Shown: piece after piece, positions 58,001 to 64,000 of the stretch
Layout: each line of letters opens with the position of its first letter
How positions within the stretch are numbered: position 1 is the first letter of the stretch
NCBI GenBank assembly: GCA_950097015.1
Contig: CATNEN010000030.1
Location: 2,542,001 to 2,606,000, forward strand
DNA length: 64,000 nt
Direction of reading: 5' to 3'
Source of the DNA: Macrostomum hystrix
Lineage: Eukaryota; Animalia; Platyhelminthes
Program-made: the position numbers and the translations under genes
The notes under the pieces: generated by a model
Seen by the model: only the letters and a program-made list of their open reading frames with translations
Database searches by the model: none
Told to the model about the DNA's origin: nothing

Positions 58001-61000
58001 TGGAGAACTTGTGTATATAGGTGGAGAACTTGTGTATATAGCTGGAGAACTTGTGTATATAGGTGGAGAACTTGTGTATATAGCTGGAGAACTTGTGTAT
58101 GTAGGTGGAGAACTTGTGTATGTAGCTGGAGAACTTGTGTATATAGCTGGAGAACTTGTGTATGTAGATGGAGAACTTGTGTATGTTGGTGGAGAACTCG
58201 TGTATATAGTTGGAGAACTCGTGTATATAGGTGGAGAACTTGTGTATATAGGTGGAGAACTTGTGTATATAGCTGGAGAACTTGTGTATATAGGTGGAGA
58301 ACTTGTGTATATAGCTGGAGAACTTGTGTATGTAGGTGGAGAACTTGTGTATGTAGCTGGAGAACTTGTGTATATAGCTGGAGAACTTGTGTATGTAGAT
58401 GGAGAACTTGTGTATGTTGGTGGAGAACTCGTGTATATAGTTGGAGAACTCGTGTATATAGGTGGAGAACTTGTGTATATAGGTAGAGAACTTGTTTTTG
58501 TAGGTGGAGAACTCGTGTAGATAGGTGGAGAACTCGTGTATACAGGTGGAGAACTTGTGTATATAGGTGGAGAACTCGTAATCTTACTGTATGCATTGTA
58601 TGTAAATTTTGTCGTTAGTTTAATAGATAAGGCATTAGCTTGTTTAACGTGACATCGAATAATTTTACTCCCTCATTCATAGGCTCACAATGTAATCTTA
58701 AGAAGTTCGAAGTCCACTGTGCCATTGTGTTTATCTTTTTTCTTATCTGCTAAGCTGTCCGACCGTTAGTTGAGCAAATTTTAGCCCGAGAAAAATATAC
58801 AGCAAATTTTTGTGCGAAGTCCTTCTCAGCCAGAGCTATACTAAATTAATAATTTCTGTCTTTCCTTTGCCTGAAGTCACTGCGCGCTTAACTCAAAGAA
58901 GGATTGGAAACGCTCGCAACACATTTAATGGGCGTGGTCTGGCCCGACTAGATTATTTTCCAAATCACTATTCTTTCAAGTCGATTTGATTGCTTCTTCA
59001 ACTCCCCCACCTGCTCCCTCGCATATATCAGGCTTTTCAATAACATTTTCAGTCTTGCTTCGGCTCAAAGATATAGCATGTAATCTATATATATAAAAGT
59101 GAAAACTCTGTCTGTCTGTGTGTGTGTGTGTGTGTGTGCAACCTTTTGTCTTTATAGACGCCGAAACCGCTCAACCAAATCGCACCAAACTTTGCACATA
59201 CCTAAAACCACCTACGCTGAGTGCAATAGGCTACTCAAATTCCCGAAAAATCATTTCCTTCCTGCTCAAAAGTGCAAAAAACTGCTCAAAAATAGTCAAA
59301 AAATCACTCAATTCGACATATCGTCGCCCCACTTTGTCAGATTTTCTCCAAATTTGATCCACTTACACTTTACATGTTTTCCAACAATGCTGTCAATTTT
59401 GAACATCTCTACTCAATCCAGAGCAAAGCTGCATCATCTCAAAGTGAGTCACTTTTTGTTTTCCGAGGACAGCCACCCCAACTCCCCTCCGCCACTCTGC
59501 GGGCCAAATTTTATTACAGCCACCCCCTCCCTTCCCCGGGCGCCGAAGCCCCAGACTGTACATTGTATTTCAAGCCGTGAATGTACACAGCCCAAACCCC
59601 TAGACAGTCTACTGGCCCCCAAGCAGCACTGAGACTGAGTGCGGTGAGTGCGGTGGCGTCCCAGTGCGCAGGGCTCTCCGGTCGATATTTCTCTCCAGCC
59701 AGCCTGGGATAGAAGAAAGAGAGAGGCTGGCGTTGACTGGCTGTCAGAGAAGGCAATTCTGTGTCCTAGAAATGATGCCGCCAACGAAATTAACTACCAA
59801 CTGCTTCAGGAGTTGCCAGGTGCAGTTTTCACCTACAAGTCAATTGATACAACGTTGACTGATGACACCGCTGTGGAGTATCCTGTTGAGTTTCTGAACT
59901 CTCTAGATCCTCCTGGAACTCCATCGCACAACTTGCAGCTGAAAGTTGGGGCACCAATTATGCTCCTCCGCAACCTGAATGCGCCAAGGCTGTGTAACGG
60001 CACCAGACTGATAGTCAGGCGGCTCTTCCCACACGTGATTGAGGCCACGATAATGACTGGATCTGGCAGAGGAGAGTCTGTGTTCGTTCCCCGGATTCCA
60101 ATTATCCCCACGGACCTGCCATTTCAGTTCAAGCGACTGCAGTTCCCTGTGAGAGTGTGCTTTGCGATGACTATTAACAAGGCTCAGGGACAGTCGCTGA
60201 AGGTGGCTGGCATCAACCTGGAGACTCCTTGCTTCTCGCATGGGCAGCTTTATGTCGCCTGTTGGAACTCCAGCTGGCCTATTCATTTTCGCACCAAGGG
60301 GAAGAACGAAGAATGTGGTGTATCCCCAGGCCTTGAGGTGACTCGCAAGCAATTAATAGAAAAGTAGTCACGAATTGACCTTGACCTGTCTAACTCTGAA
60401 CTCTGAAACAGTTTAATTTTGTTTCTTTGACATTGTTATTGTTATGCCATGGCTATTTTCCTTATGTATACGCGTGTACATGCATACTGTATACAGAGGC
60501 AGATTTAGGGGGGGGCGGGGGGGCAGTCGCCCCCCTAAATTTTAATCATGGGAATAAGATGCCCCCACCAGGGGCGCCAGTCGCAGCACTGGCGCCCCTT
60601 TTCGGCCGCTGGCGCTCCTTTTTCAGCCGCTGGCTCACGTTTTTCAGCCGCTGGCGCCCTTTCTTGGCTCCTGGCGCCCTTTTCGGCCGCTGGCACCCCC
60701 TCTGTGATTCTCATGGCGCTCCCCTGACAGACCGCCCCAAAACAAAATTCCTGGATCTGCCACTGACTGTATAGAGGAGTGGCTAAGAGACATGTTTCTA
60801 AAGAAGTAATCAAGAGGGGGCTGTTTGGACAAACTTTTCACTTATTTTTTACTTAAAACGCCCTTAAACAAACTCTTCACTTTTCATTAATGCAGTAAAT
60901 AAATAAATGGTGACCTTCACTATAAAGTTCATACAGAGACGTGAATTGCTTACTGCTTTGCTTTAAATTTCTGCCCCAAAAACAACGGGCAAAAAAAGCT

Positions 61001-62184
61001 AGTATTCTATAAATAGCGATAGATTGGTAATATTTACTGATGTATTACGTTTGTCCAGAGATTTGCCCTTCGGACGCTTTAACCTAGAGGGCGGCAGTTC
61101 GAATCTCAGTCTCGGAATAGCAGTTTGTGTCATTTAGCGATGCACTTGATTACCTGTTGTTTTAATTAACCCAGCAGTAAAATTCGTACCATCCGCAGGG
61201 GTAGATGAATGTGGCGCCCCTTACCTCGCAGTCCATGGACTGAACAGCTGTACGCAACCTTTGGATAGCTGAAGCTGTGCTACTGGTGGTTGCACTGTAC
61301 ATCTGGCCCAACTGGGTTGGGAGAATTTTTATCAATTTGTAAGGAGCCAGGAGCCCAGTGAACTTCTGACTCAGAGGTCGGGAGTTCGAATCTCAGTCCA
61401 AGGGAAAAAGGCGGTGTCCTTGATCAATAAACTTAGTTCCTCATTGCCTCAGTTCTCCCAGCTATATAATGGGTACCAATAATAGCTGGGGTGCATATTT
61501 AGGTTAGGTTACCCAGTCCACGGACTGAAAAGCTGTACGCAGTCTTAGTAGTCCGGGTATTCCTTATTATATCTGCTGTTTTTTAGTATAAAATGAGAAG
61601 TCATAGATACTAATTTCAGGACTAAATATCCAGCTATCCCACTTAAATAAGTAGTGTTGTATGCTGCTTAAATGCTGATTAATCAATTTTCCAACAGACT
61701 CTGGCCAGACTGTGCAGCATCGGCGACGCCAGTCGGGGTAGCCTATCCTCCTATGCCTACCTGATCCTGCTAATTAACTACCTGCAGTTGGAGGGCGTCC
61801 TGCCCTGCCTACAGGAGCTGCACTCGGGGCCCAGACAGCCGGAGGTCATCATAGACGGTTGGAACGCCTGGTTCCAGGACGACCAGTCCGAGGTGGCCCG
61901 CCACTGGCAGCCGGCCTGCAGCAAAAGCCTTGGCGAGCTCTGGCTGGGCTTTCTGCAGCACTGCCTGAGCTTTGATTGGCCCAATAGGGTGGTCACAATT
62001 CGGCGCAGCCGGCCTCTGCTACGCCAGGAGAAGCTTTGGACAACTCCGCTAGCTATTGAGGATCCGTTTGATCTGAGCCACAACCTGGCTAGCGGCATGA
62101 CTAAGAAAATGGCTTGGTTCATCCTAACCACATTTCGCAATGCTCTGGCCCGCTCGGCTGGCAGGATTCGGCACCAGCTCAATG
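55096..62184 (+). CDS. TUT4/7: Terminal uridylyltransferase TUT4/TUT7 (ZCCHC11/ZCCHC6) orthologue, 3'-partial
   Basis: Exon 55096-57516 encodes the C2H2 finger (CRACDYHC..HVKDQRH), inactive NTD1 (SDVNI), PAP-associated IEDPF, CCHC knuckle (CSACRGTGHLRDTC) and catalytic LFGSCCNGFAFRDSDLD...EGDLSLYN. Exon 61698-~62184 encodes IGDASRGSLSSYAY and IEDPFDLSHNL (UTP-selecting His). The gene continues beyond the window. Confidence 0.94.
57660..58580. repeat. 21-bp minisatellite GAGAACTYGTGTATATAGKTG (TUT intron)
   Basis: Contains a 231-bp (11-unit) block duplication. Confidence 0.96.
59699..60341 (+). pseudogene. Helitron PIF1-like helicase fragment with frameshift near 60261
   Basis: After HGQLYVAC the expected SR is missing; VGTPAGLFIFAPRGRTKNVVYPQALR* continues in another frame, so a small deletion shifted the frame. 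The same lesion is in copy 2. Confidence 0.85.
60494..60765 (+). mobile_element. hAT-type MITE (272 bp) nested in Helitron copy 1
   Basis: Imperfect TIRs CAGAGGCAGATTTAGG / CAGTGGCAGATCCAGG, perfect 8-bp TSD ACTGTATA (60486-60493, 60766-60773), internal 21-bp GC-rich repeats. Confidence 0.85.
61060..61560 (+). mobile_element. Two tandem diverged copies of a second SINE-like family (B); further fragments at ~1545-1660, ~10140-10310, ~22495-22525, ~62280-62340
   Basis: B-box GAGTTCGAATC, CORE-like GTGTCCTTG..CCTCATTGCCTCAGTTCTCCCAGCT..AATGGGTACC, and conserved CAGTCCAYGGACTG-AACAGCTGTAC. Confidence 0.6.
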
Positions 62185-62409
62185 GTCTGTTATCAAATAC
62201 TCAATATACTCAATACTCAATTGCTCGTTTCTCATTCTATTGCTTCAGTCCACCCAGCTTTAAATGGCTACTACCATTATCTGGGGTAAGGGCTTCCCCA
62301 GTCCATGGACTGAGCAGCTGTACACAGCGTCACAGCGTAGCGCATTATCATCATTTCTGCCAATCTTAGATCCCATCTCTAGTTATCTCGCTCGTTTAAA
62401 TTGTTCTAA

Positions 62410-62772
62410 GACTATGCGGTCCAATGCTATTGCCTCTTGCACCAAGGTTTCTGAGCTCGATTCCGCGCTAAGGCCACATTAATTTAGGGCGCAGCCGCGG
62501 AGAGAAGGCTTGGTGCTTGTGCAATTTACGTCCTTGAGAGCCAACCTCCAAGACACAGTGAGAGTGTGTACTGCCCGACGATGAGAAAGTCAGGGCAGAT
62601 GTACACACCTGGGTGAGCGTGTGCCTGCGTACAGTATCTGAGTGCGTGTGTGCTCAGGTGATCAGGAGTCAGAAATGGGCAGAATTGCTTCCTCGCTGGC
62701 TGCGGGTCTAGTGTCACCAAATGATGTGCCATTGCCCGCAGCACTCATGCAATTGTTATTCTTATTATTATA
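62410..62772 (+). mobile_element. SINE-A whose tail received Helitron copy 2
   Basis: Head (GAGCTCGATTCC), body and tail present. Confidence 0.88.
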
Positions 62773-62779
62773 GCAAATA

Positions 62780-64000
62780 CTAGCTTTTTTTGCCCGTTGT
62801 TTTTGGGGCAGAAATTTAAAGCAAAGCAGTAAGCAATTCACGTCTCTGTATGAACTTTATAGTGAAGGTCACCATTTATTTATTTACTGCATTAATGAAA
62901 AGTGAAGAGTTTGTTTAAGGGCGTTTTAAGTAAAAAATAAGTGAAAAGTTTGTCCAAACAGCCCCCTCTTGATTACTTCTTTAGAAACATGTCTCTTAGC
63001 CACTCCTCTATACAGTCAGTGGCAGATCCAGGAATTTTGTTTTGGGGCGGTCTGTCAGGGGAGCGCCATGAGAATCACAGAGGGGGTGCCAGCGGCCGAA
63101 AAGGGCGCCAGGAGCCAAGAAAGGGCGCCAGCGGCTGAAAAACGTGAGCCAGCGGCTGAAAAAGGAGCGCCAGCGGCCGAAAAGGGGCGCCAGTGCTGCG
63201 ACTGGCGCCCCTGGTGGGGGCATCTTATTCCCATGATTAAAATTTAGGGGGGCGACTGCCCCCCCGCCCCCCCCCTAAATCTGCCTCTGTATACAGTATG
63301 CATGTACACGCGTATACATAAGGAAAATAGCCATGGCATAACAATAACAATGTCAAAGAAACAAAATTAAACTGTTTCAGAGTTCAGAGTTAGACAGGTC
63401 AAGGTCAATTCGTGACTACTTTTCTATTAATTGCTTGCGAGTCACCTCAAGGCCTGGGGATACACCACATTCTTCGTTCTTCCCCTTGGTGCGAAAATGA
63501 ATAGGCCAGCTGGAGTTCCAACAGGCGACATAAAGCTGCCCATGCGAGAAGCAAGGAGTCTCCAGGTTGATGCCAGCCACCTTCAGCGACTGTCCCTGAG
63601 CCTTGTTAATAGTCATCGCAAAGCACACTCTCACAGGGAACTGCAGTCGCTTGAACTGAAATGGCAGGTCCGTGGGGATAATTGGAATCCGGGGAACGAA
63701 CACAGACTCTCCTCTGCCAGATCCAGTCATTATCGTGGCCTCAATCACGTGTGGGAAGAGCCGCCTGACTATCAGTCTGGTGCCGTTACACAGCCTTGGC
63801 GCATTCAGGTTGCGGAGGAGCATAATTGGTGCCCCAACTTTCAGCTGCAAGTTGTGCGATGGAGTTCCAGGAGGATCTAGAGAGTTCAGAAACTCAACAG
63901 GATACTCCACAGCGGTGTCATCAGTCAACGTTGTATCAATTGACTTGTAGGTGAAAACTGCACCTGGCAACTCCTGAAGCAGTTGGTAGTTAATTTCGTT
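62780..64000 (-). mobile_element. Non-autonomous Helitron, copy 2 (inverted, runs off the window end)
   Basis: Reverse complement of 59783-61002, apparently identical except one G in a homopolymer. The 3' CTAG|T end at 62780 is inserted in the A/T tail of a SINE. Confidence 0.92.
63017..63289 (-). mobile_element. hAT-type MITE nested in Helitron copy 2
   Basis: Same element and TSD (TATACAGT) as in copy 1. Confidence 0.85.

Larger units (their letters stand above)
59084..61002 (+). mobile_element. Non-autonomous Helitron, copy 1 (internally deleted, carries PIF1 helicase C-terminus)
   Basis: A|TCTATATATATAAAAG 5' end, (CTGT)/(GT)n tract, 3' GCCC-N10-GGGC hairpin then CTAG|T. Encodes WLSEKAILCPRN..KVGAPIMLLRNL..LCNGTRL..FAMTINKAQGQSL..FSHGQLYVAC; no Rep domain. 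Confidence 0.92.

Noticed and set aside
59648-60367. Cellular PIF1 gene or autonomous Helitron
   Set aside because: Only the helicase C-terminus is present, frameshifted, with no Rep domain, inside Helitron termini.

Overview
Eukaryotic (animal) genomic DNA with GC-rich exons, many tiny introns and large intronic minisatellites. The style suggests a free-living flatworm such as Macrostomum (inference only). I reconstructed six spliced genes by hand: CLASP (+, ~0.57-13.7 kb, 5'-partial); a compact FAM184-like coiled-coil gene (-, 21.0-23.3 kb); a small secreted prepropeptide ending KKR-LSEFIG-K (-, 24.4-24.9 kb, start codon split by an intron); a ~21-exon TRPM2-like channel with C-terminal NUDT9-H and unexpected N-terminal ankyrin repeats (-, 26.4-46.3 kb); SSR2/TRAP-beta (-, 49.4-52.3 kb); and a TUT4/7 uridylyltransferase (+, 52.4/55.1 to >62.2 kb, 3'-partial). 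Mobile DNA comprises one abundant tRNA-headed SINE (>12 copies or fragments), two further SINE-like families, and two near-identical non-autonomous Helitrons in inverted orientation, each carrying a nested hAT MITE. About 20 private tandem arrays fill the introns; the long repetitive ORFs in the track are artefacts of them. Best leads: the ankyrin-TRPM-Nudix architecture, the EFLamide/TRH-like peptide precursor, a sharply bounded 1.7-kb CpG desert whose SINE copies have lost every CpG, inverted repeats bracketing single exons in two genes, and a tandem array of AG|GT splice junctions. Coordinates were read by eye; no database searches were run.
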